Below are positions 28,499-37,722 of a stretch of DNA of 64,000 nt, in pieces. The notes beneath the pieces were generated by a model. The model saw only the letters and a program-made list of their open reading frames with translations, was not told where the DNA came from and searched no databases. The position numbers and the translations under genes were made by a program. Each line of letters starts with the position of its first letter. The first letter of the stretch is position 1. Source of the DNA: a virus; IMG/VR virus record IMGVR_UViG_3300050144_000109, positions 1-64,000 of that record. One strand, 5' to 3'.

Positions 28499-28792
28499 TC
28501 AATGACACTTAGGGGTCAAGTGAAACGTAATCAAACAAGCAGATAAAATACTCATAACTACCAGCCATAAGTACCAACATCTCAACCAAGCTTTCTTAGT
28601 CTTCATAAATACACCGTACTCTTCTTTCGTAGACAATAACACACATCCAACTAAGTAATCTCGTAAGAGAATATCCTTACTCAGACAACTAAAGTTCACC
28701 ACAATAATTTCAGAATTTTGTTTTGTTTTAATGACCAAGTAATCCAATATCTTAATGCATTCTTCCTCAGAGGCTGTTTGTGTTAAACTCAT
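28499..28792 (-). CDS. Small membrane protein
   Basis: Start MSLTQ; C-terminal hydrophobic helix. Confidence 0.55.
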   Translation of the reverse strand: MSLTQTASEEECIKILDYLVIKTKQNSEIIVVNFSCLSKDILLRDYLVGCVLLSTKEEYGVFMKTKKAWLRCWYLWLVVMSILSACLITFHLTPKCH

Positions 28793-28852
28793 TTCGATAC
28801 CTTTGTCCTTAGAATCTGTAGAGTCATTTTTATAAAATAAAAAAAAAAGATA

Positions 28853-28897
28853 CCCGTCTTTCACCATAAGCATATTAGCTCGTGGTGAAAGACGGGA
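28853..28897 (-). terminator. Hairpin with T-tract on minus strand
   Basis: CCCGTCTTTCACCA / TGGTGAAAGACGGG; A-run upstream on +. Confidence 0.75.
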
Positions 28898-28903
28898 GGC
28901 GTT

Positions 28904-29539
28904 TTACGGCTGCTTGGTTTCAGTCAGGTCAACGGTATCCCAGTGTGCGATTCGCTCAGCCCGCTCAACTTCAAGTTCGGGGTAGGGGCGAATATTTACA
29001 TTGGGCTTGTCTTCAATTGAAAGCAGCAGGTTTTGCTCTCGATTCCGGTAATCCACCAGAAGACGCCATTGCAGTTCTTGATGATCTCCAGCAATCGACT
29101 GCAGAGCAGTAGCCCAGGGAATGTCTACCCCAGCATTGTCTACGATGATTAAAGAGTACTTTCCAGTACCAGCTTGAACCAACGTTTCATATGCGTTGGT
29201 TGTGAGGTACCATTCGCGCATGAGCATGGACATGGCGCCTAGCAGATGCTGCCAGTCATCTTGCCTGTTTTTGTTTGCTAGACAAACTAGTACTTTTTGT
29301 TTTTCATACTTGGTTTCAACCTTTGCGTTTTCTTTTTGACGCAATCCAGTCTTCTCTGCAAAAGAGGTAACAGCACTCTTGCGAATGCGTCGATGTCCGC
29401 CGGGAGTGCGCCCAGCTTGCAGGTGGCCTGCTTCGACCCAAAGTTGAATGGTTCGAATAGAGACGCCGAGAACATTAGCAGCGTCTTTTGTGGTCATCAG
29501 CGGATCAGCGCCGTCCATCTTGAAATGTGCTTTTGTCAT
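28904..29539 (-). CDS. Excisionase/MerR-type HTH fused to a degenerate receiver domain
   Basis: LMTTKDAANVLGVSIRTIQLWVEAGHLQAGRTPGGHRRI; KVLV...NAYE.L.....YSLIIVD. Confidence 0.8.
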   Translation of the reverse strand: MTKAHFKMDGADPLMTTKDAANVLGVSIRTIQLWVEAGHLQAGRTPGGHRRIRKSAVTSFAEKTGLRQKENAKVETKYEKQKVLVCLANKNRQDDWQHLLGAMSMLMREWYLTTNAYETLVQAGTGKYSLIIVDNAGVDIPWATALQSIAGDHQELQWRLLVDYRNREQNLLLSIEDKPNVNIRPYPELEVERAERIAHWDTVDLTETKQP

Positions 29540-29571
29540 TTTGGTACTTTCTTTGATTTCGAGTTTTGGGT

Positions 29572-30141
29572 TTAAGAATTAGCGTTGACGAACTTCAGCA
29601 ATTGATCCGCCAGTTGACGAGTCTCGTTCTCGACGTAACCCCAGGTCCTGTAGTTCTTTGCTGAATTGTACCCAGCAGAAATTCCATAGGGAGTATAGTC
29701 GGGATAGTGATCACAATCGAATCCAATATAGTACCCGCTTTTAGCCACTCGACCATGCTCGCCGTAACGGATCTTGCCGATAAACGACACACCACCGTGT
29801 ACTTGAACTCCTGGTAAGCAGTAATGTCCATCATACCTTTTTAATAACTTCTTGAACACCTTTTTCGGGACTTTTACATACCCACACAAGGCGCCATTAA
29901 AGTTACGATGAATGTGGCAGTGAAGTCCTTGATGAATAAAACGAGCACTCCTCTTTTCGTATATCCATGGGGAAGACATCGGATCGATCATGCTCTCTTT
30001 CACTTTCATGTAGGTTGCAATGATCGGATCGGTCGAGTAGAACTTTGGATCGTTGAGTTCGCTCAGAAGAGCCTTTTCCTTACCGCCAAACGCCTTGGGA
30101 TCGTAAGGACTGTATTGCTGGTCGTCAAGATTGGTGGTCAT
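29572..30141 (-). CDS. Conserved phage hypothetical protein
   Basis: CGYV..VHGG.SF..GFDCDH motif. Confidence 0.75.
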   Translation of the reverse strand: MTTNLDDQQYSPYDPKAFGGKEKALLSELNDPKFYSTDPIIATYMKVKESMIDPMSSPWIYEKRSARFIHQGLHCHIHRNFNGALCGYVKVPKKVFKKLLKRYDGHYCLPGVQVHGGVSFIGKIRYGEHGRVAKSGYYIGFDCDHYPDYTPYGISAGYNSAKNYRTWGYVENETRQLADQLLKFVNANS

Positions 30142-30154
30142 TTCGCTTTCCTTT

Positions 30155-30571
30155 TCAGTGTTTGTCGCAAGCGACGTATTCGTTGTTCATGAAATCCACG
30201 AGCTCTTCAATGGATTCGATGATGCGATAATCTTTGTAGTGCAGAAACAACAGTTTATCCAGGGTGTTGACGATCCCATCTTCCAGTCCAGGCCGAGGGA
30301 CGACCATGTGTCGATCGCTGATGGTGCTGGACGAAGAAACAAACTCATCCGGCAGAAGTCTTTCGTAATCAGCTCCTTTACGCTCTCCAATACTGAAGCA
30401 GTAATCGTTGGGAAAGAACAATACCTTCAGTCGCGTACAAGAGATGATGTAGAGAGAATAATGAAGTTTAGCCATCGCTTTTACTTCCGCAAGGCTTTTG
30501 ATTCGACGATAAGCCGGAACTCCGCGATACCCCATTGGTTTTTGAAAAGCTTCAATTGTGTACGTTTGCAC
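30155..30571 (-). CDS. Hypothetical protein
   Basis: GTG start with AAAGGT RBS. Confidence 0.65.
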   Translation of the reverse strand: MQTYTIEAFQKPMGYRGVPAYRRIKSLAEVKAMAKLHYSLYIISCTRLKVLFFPNDYCFSIGERKGADYERLLPDEFVSSSSTISDRHMVVPRPGLEDGIVNTLDKLLFLHYKDYRIIESIEELVDFMNNEYVACDKH

Positions 30572-30692
30572 GATTTTTTACCTTTTTGAATTTGATTGAG
30601 TGCCAGATTCTTAACATAAGATCTATTGATGCACTTACTTACTTGTCACCGAGTACTTCGACTTTGGTGATGTAATACTTAGTTCAGTCTAG

Positions 30693-31001
30693 TTAAGCCA
30701 CAGGGCCAAAGTTCGAGCATTCGGTAATGTTCACACGACCATTCTCGTCGTACCCGTAGTCGAGAGAGTGGTTCTTTCTCAACCAGACATCCCCGAGTCG
30801 GGATGCACCAGTGACCCGGTAACGCTCCCCGCGATAGTCGCAGAAGAGCTTGTACGGATTTTCAGATGTCCCGACCGGCTGATGAATTGCAGGTAGCCTG
30901 AAGATGCCAAGAATACCAGCGGCATACATCTCACGATGATCCAGACTGAGCTGACCATCTCGAATGAAATCATCTACACGCTTTTCTTTGCTGCTTGACA
31001 A
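30693..31001 (-). CDS. Early hypothetical protein
   Basis: TTG start at 31001 after AGGAG; YRVTGASRLGDVWL. Confidence 0.65.
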   Translation of the reverse strand: MSSSKEKRVDDFIRDGQLSLDHREMYAAGILGIFRLPAIHQPVGTSENPYKLFCDYRGERYRVTGASRLGDVWLRKNHSLDYGYDENGRVNITECSNFGPVA

Positions 31002-31011
31002 TTGAGGCTCC

Positions 31012-31072
31012 TGTGATTGAAGATTGACCACGGTAGTCAGAATAGTAATATAGAACTATAAATATTTGCATT
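31012..31072 (-). promoter_or_regulatory. Early promoter plus leader cassette (copy 2)
   Basis: TATATTAC at 31045-31052; near-identical to 3898-3948. Confidence 0.75.
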
Positions 31073-31077
31073 CACAT

Positions 31078-31128
31078 ACTCTCTACTCTACCGGAAGCTT
31101 TCCTAGGCTCCGGTAGAGTAGAGAGTAG
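31078..31128 (-). terminator. Long hairpin
   Basis: ACTCTCTACTCTACCGGA / TCCGGTAGAGTAGAGAGT. Confidence 0.7.
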
Positions 31129-31138
31129 TTTGACTTTA

Positions 31139-31612
31139 TTAAACCACTTCGGTAGCGGGCTTCATGTTCTTGAACAGAATCTTGATGCGGTTCACCAAGA
31201 CCATCATCACTTCTGAATTCTTGTTCAGATACTCCAGCACCACAGGGCTCACAAACAAAGGAGTAGAGAATAACTTCTCAGTGAACGTGCAAGCACCTCT
31301 CGGTGTAAAAGGAACCGACAAGTCTGGATAAGCAGCGCTGTAACGCGTGAGCCAGTATGCGCGCGACACTTCACGGGCCAGGTCAATGTCGATCACGATA
31401 TTCTCGTTGAACTCACTGATGTAACTCACAGCCAGGTGCACAGCAAACGAGTTGTACTGGTAGGTGCCGTCTTCCACTTCCGCAGTAGGCAAAGGCAGCA
31501 TCATAGCCACAGCAATGCCAACTGCCAGTGATGTTGCTTTCTTGCGATTCGTCACATCCAGAAGACGTTCACCAAAGAAAGTGTTAAGGTCGATGTAAGC
31601 GGTATTGATCAT
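31139..31612 (-). CDS. Virion-associated protein
   Basis: Intact ORF downstream of the HExxH head protein. Confidence 0.7.
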   Translation of the reverse strand: MINTAYIDLNTFFGERLLDVTNRKKATSLAVGIAVAMMLPLPTAEVEDGTYQYNSFAVHLAVSYISEFNENIVIDIDLAREVSRAYWLTRYSAAYPDLSVPFTPRGACTFTEKLFSTPLFVSPVVLEYLNKNSEVMMVLVNRIKILFKNMKPATEVV

Positions 31613-31659
31613 GATTGAAAAGCGTCTCTATGAATAAAGAAAAGAAAGGAGCAGACAGG

Positions 31660-32949
31660 TCAGACCATTTTGAGTTTTGCTGCTGCAGAGAACATGTCCG
31701 AAGAAGCAAAGTCTTCCAGCTCCTTTTGAAGCAGCTCGTACTTATGTGCATTCCGATAGCTGGGTTTTAAGAAGTAAGCGACCTTCTCTATTAGTCCAAG
31801 CTTATCTTGGTACTCTTTCATAACCTTGTCAATCGCATCGTTTTCTTCCAGCAACCCTTTTTTGATCTCTGGCTTCAACGTAGTGACTTTCAGTAGCTCA
31901 ACGTTTTGCAACTTCAGTCGTTTCATTCGTGCAGCCGGGTTGTCATAGATATCATTTTTCTTATCAGTAAAAGAAACCAGAATCAAGAACCAGAAAGGAA
32001 TAGCTAGGCCAAAAGAAAGCACAGTCATGATCGCCGCAATGAAACCAACGTATATAGATACCGCCCACATTTCGGCTGTTAAACTTGGCGATGGTAACCG
32101 GTGATATTTATCGAGGCCGGTGACAAGCGCCTTCGTGGCGCCCTGCCTCGCTGCAAATTGGTCTGCTAGATATTCATTACTATTCACGTCATAAATACTG
32201 TACCCTAGTTCACTCATACTTTTTTCAATTGAATCATCCAGAACAATGACGCTAATTTGTTCCTCAGTCTTGGCTTCCTTTAACGCCTTTGTTCTTTCTT
32301 TATTCAAATCCATCTGTTTCGCTACCTTGTCAAAAATAACATACCTCTTATCTTCACCCACACTTTTATCCAAGGCTCTGGTCAAACCAGCAATGACTTG
32401 ATTTGTAGAGATACTTCTCGTACAAAACTCCATGGTAGTAAACGCATGTCCTGTCTCATGAAGAAGCATTGCAGCTACTTCATCCGGATTAAAATTAGTG
32501 TAATTGTTTTTTCCACAAAACATGTCTTTTGGAACCAACATGTGCAATGGTATTTGTGCAAATACTCCATATACTTTCCCTTCTTTTAAATCAACATGCC
32601 CCTGAATCAACTTCAATTTCATAATCTTTAAGATGTTGTTGATATCTGCAGAGTCATCATGTCCTGCTAATTCTTTATATTCAGCAATAGCTTGCCTATC
32701 AAAAAGAATATGATTTCCTGTTAACTGTAAATTATAGATGGCGGGACCGCCCTCAGTGATTTCTACAGCCAGATTCGTATACCGTTTAATGATCTCAGTA
32801 ATTCCCATCACTGAATCAGACTCAAAGAAGTTCTTCTCCACCAAAGCGCAATCTTTCTTGTTATCCCGCAACTCTTCAACGGCTTTTGTCAGCGCTTTGA
32901 AGAACTCCCCATCTTGAAAGTCAATAGACTCCAGTGCCATAATGTTCAT
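31660..32949 (-). CDS. Head protein with zincin-like HExxH and TM hairpin (phiKZ gp84/86-like)
   Basis: N-terminal ALE site; LLHETGH; E.LADQFA; hydrophobic hairpin. Confidence 0.75.
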   Translation of the reverse strand: MNIMALESIDFQDGEFFKALTKAVEELRDNKKDCALVEKNFFESDSVMGITEIIKRYTNLAVEITEGGPAIYNLQLTGNHILFDRQAIAEYKELAGHDDSADINNILKIMKLKLIQGHVDLKEGKVYGVFAQIPLHMLVPKDMFCGKNNYTNFNPDEVAAMLLHETGHAFTTMEFCTRSISTNQVIAGLTRALDKSVGEDKRYVIFDKVAKQMDLNKERTKALKEAKTEEQISVIVLDDSIEKSMSELGYSIYDVNSNEYLADQFAARQGATKALVTGLDKYHRLPSPSLTAEMWAVSIYVGFIAAIMTVLSFGLAIPFWFLILVSFTDKKNDIYDNPAARMKRLKLQNVELLKVTTLKPEIKKGLLEENDAIDKVMKEYQDKLGLIEKVAYFLKPSYRNAHKYELLQKELEDFASSDMFSAAAKLKMV

Positions 32950-33065
32950 GTCAAATCCAATCTATACAAAGAAAACAAAACAACCGATCATCACTTGATC
33001 ACCGCACACACGACGACAATTCAAACTATTTCTACCCTTTTAGTCTACAGGAATCCAGCACTATC

Positions 33066-34511
33066 ATGAGCAAAGCACCAGCCATTGTAGGGTATGAATG
33101 CAGGCATGCTACCTACTCCAGAAATAGAGAACACCAAGACATCCATTTCGTCAAAGAAGTCATTCATTACGATGACGGAACGACCAAACCGAACACACGC
33201 ATCATCAAGAACTTCAAACGCAGTGTTTACGTCACCAAGAAAGGCGCACAGAACCACAAGTCCAAAAAAGAGTGGGAAGACCTCGTCAATCTGAACGAGT
33301 TCAAGTGCACACAAGCCGAGATGCAGAGCACGGTGGCCCGTGCTCTGGGCACTCCTTGGTTCCGTGGCTCGATGAGGCAGCTCCAAGACTCTCCTTATGT
33401 CTACGGCACTGACATTGACTCTACCGCTCTGGTCAAGCAGAAGTACATTGAGAAGTACCCCACACTCAACACGCCGTATACCGTCGCTGTTTTTGACACA
33501 GAAACGGATGTAGTCTCTGGAGACAAGAACAAAGAAATCATCATGGCGACGGTCTCGTTCAAGGACAGGGTTTTCACCTGCGTCAACGAGAACTTCGTCA
33601 AGCGTTATCATGATCCAATCCAAAGAATCAAAGAACTGGCCAAGAAGTATATTGGTGATACCATAGACGCTAGAAAGATCAACTTAGAGATCAAGCTAGT
33701 GCCAAAAGAGATCGACATTGTCATTGCGTGCATGGAGAAAGCACACCAGTGGAAGCCAGACTTCTTGGCTGTTTGGAATGTTGATTTCGACATGACCAAA
33801 ATCCTGGCAGCGTGTGAGCGTGCAGGTGTTGATCCCAAAGACATTTTGAATGATCCTTCTGTCCCAGAAGAGTACAGGTATTTCAATTACAGAAGAGGTC
33901 CCGCTAAGAAGATTACTGCCTCAGGCGTAGTACAGGTCTTTAAACCAGCCCAGCGCTGGCACACAGTCGAGTCCCCAGCATCGTTCTACTGGATCGATGC
34001 CATGTGCGCGTACCGTCAGATCCGTCAGGGCTCCCAAGAAGAGCAAAGCTACGCACTGGACTACCTGCTCAATAAACACCTGAAGATCAGTAAGCTCAAG
34101 TTTACACAAGCAGATGCCTACAGGGGCTTGCAATGGCACCAGTTCATGCAAGCAGAGTACCCACTTGAGTACACAGTTTACAACGTATTTGACTGCGTAT
34201 CAATGGAGCTTCTAGAAGAGAAGACGACTGATCTGTCCATCTCTCTTCCAATGTATTCTGGATGCTCAGACTTCTCTAGGTTCAACTCACAGCCAAGAAG
34301 AACTGTAGATGACTTGCATAACTTCTGCTTAGAGAACGGTAAAGTTATTGCGAGCACCAGCTCCAAGATGAAAGACGATTCGGATGATTTGACTGCTGAG
34401 CTTTCAGACTGGATTGTTATGTTGCCAAGTAACTTGGTGACAGACTCAGGGCTTAAGATCGTAGATGAGAACCCTCATCTCCCAACTGCGATCAGAGCTC
34501 ATACTAGCGAT
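33066..34511 (+). CDS. Family-B DNA polymerase-related protein (phiKZ gp82-like), exon 1: 3'-5' exonuclease
   Basis: ExoI VFDTET, ExoII WNVDFD, ExoIII YNVFD; ends ...HTSD at the splice site. Confidence 0.85.
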
Positions 34512-34874
34512 TAAAAGAAGGTCGCCTGATGCTGTAAAGTATCAGTAAAACATCATTGAACTGACTGGGACCCCCTAAAGAGACTAATCTACCAAGCTGG
34601 TCATCGAAAGAGACCAGTGGCTGAACTAATCACTCAGGTACGGTAAAAAAGATTGGTATTGGGCAATCAGCATCCAAGCTCCTAACGATTCCACAAGAGT
34701 CCATGGAGAAGGTCCAGAGACTAGAGCGAATGCTCGTAGGGCCAAGCGGCTCGAAGTAGTGATCCCCTTTCAAACAGGGTGAAGATATAGTCCGGTCTGC
34801 AATGAAAGTTGCAGCAGTATCAGCCAAAGGCACCTGATACGGGCAGAGTCTTGCGAACTCTGTTGAACAAAACG
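34512..34874 (+). mobile_element. Group I intron (IA-like, no ORF, 363 nt)
   Basis: P1 GCGAU/GUCGC with U-G; P3 AUCAUUG/UAGUGAU; Q AAUCAGCA; R CAGAGACUA; P7.1/P7.2; S AAGAUAUAGUCC; terminal G; splicing restores the frame and motif A. Confidence 0.93.
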
Positions 34875-35153
34875 CTCGATGTAAGCGCAGCATACCCCAC
34901 CACAGAAGTTACACACAACATCTCCAAAGAGACCACCAGAAAAGAAATTATTAAGATCGATGGATGTGAAGAGTTCATCAAGAGAATGAACACCATCAAC
35001 TTCTCAGCAGGTCACGTCAATGCAGTAGAGTTCTGCACTGATTTGTTTGGCATGCCTGAGTTGGATGAGATGCTGGACGCTTTCAACGAGTACAGAAACG
35101 CAAATAAACAAACCTTAGAGCACGCCGAATCAACACACCGTCTGGCAGCATAA
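34875..35153 (+). CDS. PolB-related protein exon 2
   Basis: LDVSAAYPT....NISKET completes motif A (D-LDVSAAYP); spliced product 574 aa. Confidence 0.85.
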   Translation, partial: LDVSAAYPTTEVTHNISKETTRKEIIKIDGCEEFIKRMNTINFSAGHVNAVEFCTDLFGMPELDEMLDAFNEYRNANKQTLEHAESTHRLAA

Positions 35154-35203
35154 GTGACTTTACTGACGCACAGCCTCAAAAGGGCCAGTGCGCCAGTAAA
35201 GTC
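35149..35203. terminator. Hairpin between convergent genes
   Basis: GACTTTACTG.CGCAC / GTGCG.CAGTAAAGTC. Confidence 0.65.
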
Positions 35204-35209
35204 CTTGCA

Positions 35210-36022
35210 TCATTGCGTAGATTTTCTAGTTAAGTAAGCATTTGCTAAACGTGTAGCAAAGTTACCAGACTCACAAGAAGCACCATAGTACCTTCTAGAG
35301 AATCCAGTCCAGTCTTTTCTCACCAGTGCTTCATGCAGTGCATTGTTGGATTTGATGTAGTGACAAAGTGCTTTTAATTGTGCTTCTTCAGACAGACTAA
35401 TTGCCTCAAAGAAACTACAAGCATTAAGATGCCCACAGACCTTGTATTTAGAGCCAGGAAGGCTGAAAATCCCATACAGGCCACTCTCTATGGCTTCTTC
35501 ATCAAAGAACGCTCTAGCGTCGTTTAAACGCTGCAGCTCTCGAATCCCACCGATATAACCACCCGGACTACTGGAGCAAATGTCAGGACGTTTCATAGCA
35601 AGCTCGTTCGCCTCTCGTCGAGAAAGCTTACTCACAATGTTCCCGTAAAACAAATGCCTTTCAAACGTAGTAACAATCCCCCCTGTGTTATAAAATCCAA
35701 TCCCATCTGAGAAGACATCAATAACTGCCCAAAGCATCGGAGAGTCGATCAACAACACATTCGCCATCTTCTCCACAGACCGATTTGTTAGAAATCGATC
35801 CTCAATGTATTCACGCAAAGAGTCTTGACTGCTTTCACCGTAGACGACCCCCCAACGATCAGTCTCGGTGCAGCGATTAGAGAGTTGGTATTCCTGCAAC
35901 GCACTTTGAGTGATCTTATCGAAGTTACCGGATACTCGCAAATCCAATTTCTGAATTTCATTGAGCGCACGCTGGAGCCGTTTAATTTCTTCGCCACTGT
36001 GGTTGAGTGAATATGTAGTCAT
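35210..36022 (-). CDS. Peptidoglycan-binding domain plus DUF3380/N-acetylmuramidase-like protein (likely inactive)
   Basis: GEEIKRLQRALN...G.F...T..AL..YQ; FERHLFY; L..KDWTGFSRRYYG; VES motif reads VFS. Confidence 0.8.
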   Translation of the reverse strand: MTTYSLNHSGEEIKRLQRALNEIQKLDLRVSGNFDKITQSALQEYQLSNRCTETDRWGVVYGESSQDSLREYIEDRFLTNRSVEKMANVLLIDSPMLWAVIDVFSDGIGFYNTGGIVTTFERHLFYGNIVSKLSRREANELAMKRPDICSSSPGGYIGGIRELQRLNDARAFFDEEAIESGLYGIFSLPGSKYKVCGHLNACSFFEAISLSEEAQLKALCHYIKSNNALHEALVRKDWTGFSRRYYGASCESGNFATRLANAYLTRKSTQ

Positions 36023-36172
36023 TTTTAATCGAGTTAAAATAAAGGCTAAGTGTGACAACAAATGAGAAAAGGGTGGGCAAACAAAGAAAAAAGAAAGCTG
36101 TTTTCTCTGTAGCGTATAGTTATCTTACTACACCAAGCAGCAAGATAACTATACGATTAGAGAAGGCTTCGT

Positions 36173-36784
36173 TTAAAAGCCAGCTTTCTGCAAAGCCCTG
36201 AGGGCTTTGAAGCGAGCTCGTAATTGTGGGCTGAGAAGTGCTGCCCACTTGGAGATGAATACGAGGGACTTGTGGCCAAACTTACCGACCTTCGCACCCC
36301 TTTCCACTACCAGTTGTGCAACCTGCTTTTCGATGATCAGGTCAACGGTGAAACGGAGTGCATCCTCCATCACCTTTGCACCGCACTTGCGCGCAGCGTA
36401 GTCGTCCGCCTCAATTTCGAACTCGTCGATATTAAGCACGCCTGCCACGCCAGCGGCCTTTTCTGAGTACAGATGTCCGGCGCGCAGATGTCCAACTTCG
36501 TGTGCGACAACTGCATTCCTAAAAGCAATCGGCGTGTTATCCCAAAACTCTGGGGACAGCATCACCGCGTGTTTCTGAGGTTCAATTCCAGAAGCCTTGA
36601 AAGCGCTGATGACCGCATCACTGCTGGTGTCAAACTTTTGGCAGCAGGCCAACATGGTGTTCGCCATGGCTGACCCGTTTCCGATCACCACGAGGTAACC
36701 TTCTTCTGTCCATTCGAAACGTTCCGCCTTCTCGGCAGACGTTTCGAACAACTTGCCAAACATATTTTCGAAGTTGAATTCCAT
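36173..36784 (-). CDS. Zn-metallopeptidase-like protein (M48-type)
   Basis: AVVAHEVGH...EIEADDYA; start reassigned to ATG after AAGGAA. Confidence 0.75.
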   Translation of the reverse strand: MEFNFENMFGKLFETSAEKAERFEWTEEGYLVVIGNGSAMANTMLACCQKFDTSSDAVISAFKASGIEPQKHAVMLSPEFWDNTPIAFRNAVVAHEVGHLRAGHLYSEKAAGVAGVLNIDEFEIEADDYAARKCGAKVMEDALRFTVDLIIEKQVAQLVVERGAKVGKFGHKSLVFISKWAALLSPQLRARFKALRALQKAGF

Positions 36785-36830
36785 TTTCATTTCCTTCTGC
36801 TCATTGCGAGCGTTGTTTAATTCAAAGTAC

Positions 36831-36871
36831 CGACGACTGCTCTCCCGAAGAAGAGCAGAGAGTCGAGACTC
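36831..36871 (-). repeat. 41-bp exact repeat copy 1 (cUUCGg hairpin on minus strand)
   Basis: Identical to 51060-51100. Confidence 0.95.
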
Positions 36872-37205
36872 AGATAACTTCTGCGTACCAGAAGCCAAAG
36901 CGCTTGTGCATTTGCACAAGCGTGTTATTAGTGAGTTGGTTACCAGTGACAATGTTCAGCTTGGCAAAGCCCTCGGCTTGAAGTTCTGCTTCAATGGTGA
37001 AGGAGGTGAAATTCTCTTGTCCTTCATTTCGGTACTGGCCACGAAGCTGGTCATTTATTTTCTTGATCTCAGGGTTGTTGAACCAGAGATTGGTGTCGTT
37101 CAGTGTCTGCTCGACTCCAGCGACTGCCCTTTCAAGCAAAGCTTTAAAAGCGGTGGCCCAACTGATACCAGTCAGATTGCGGACCTTGGTATTGATTGCG
37201 TTCAT
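36870..37205 (-). CDS. Early hypothetical protein
   Basis: AAGGAA RBS; upstream promoter and leader. Confidence 0.75.
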   Translation of the reverse strand: MNAINTKVRNLTGISWATAFKALLERAVAGVEQTLNDTNLWFNNPEIKKINDQLRGQYRNEGQENFTSFTIEAELQAEGFAKLNIVTGNQLTNNTLVQMHKRFGFWYAEVI

Positions 37206-37287
37206 GGTACTTGTTTCCTTTGCCTAACTAGGCATGATGGTTGAAAAAGCTTTGGACATTGAGAATTCAATGTCCTATTCATCTTTA

Positions 37288-37315
37288 CTATATGTGACTG
37301 TAGGAATCTGGAATG
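37288..37315 (-). promoter_or_regulatory. Putative early promoter
   Basis: Minus strand CATTCCAGATTCCTACAGTCACATATAG; 5' hairpin 37254-37275; CAACCA at ~37238. Confidence 0.6.
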
Positions 37316-37324
37316 TGATTTGAC

Positions 37325-37663
37325 TCAACAGTATCTCTGTCCAGACAGAGACCAGTACAGATTATCAATACTCAAGTTGCTAGTATTTTTGTCTTTGAAT
37401 TGCATATTCAAACAGCCTAAAGAAACATTTGCGTACTCTTCTGGAATCGGAATGAACACCAAGCCCAGTGCTCTACTTTTCATGATCTCCTTGAGCGCAC
37501 GTGGTCTACCAGTCCTTAATGAGACTCTATGGTAAACCCGACCAGTTTCTTTATCTACAGAACTACTTCCATTTAAAATATTCCCCGTATACTTATTCAT
37601 GAATACACCACACCTGTTCACAACCAACCCATCCATTCCAGGAACGTCTATAAAACAATCCAC
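37325..37663 (-). CDS. Degenerate HNH-endonuclease-like protein
   Basis: RALGLVFIPIP...MQFKDKNTSNLSIDNLYW (cf. VNHKDGNKxNNxxxNLEW). Confidence 0.65.
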   Translation of the reverse strand: MDCFIDVPGMDGLVVNRCGVFMNKYTGNILNGSSSVDKETGRVYHRVSLRTGRPRALKEIMKSRALGLVFIPIPEEYANVSLGCLNMQFKDKNTSNLSIDNLYWSLSGQRYC

Positions 37664-37722
37664 AAGTCAATCCTTACATAAACAAAAGAAAACTAAATCC
37701 ACTTTATTTACGTCAGAAATAA

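Noticed and set aside
34809-34874. N-terminus of a standalone 114-aa ORF
   Set aside because: Lies within the 3' part of the intron; the true coding sequence starts at 34875
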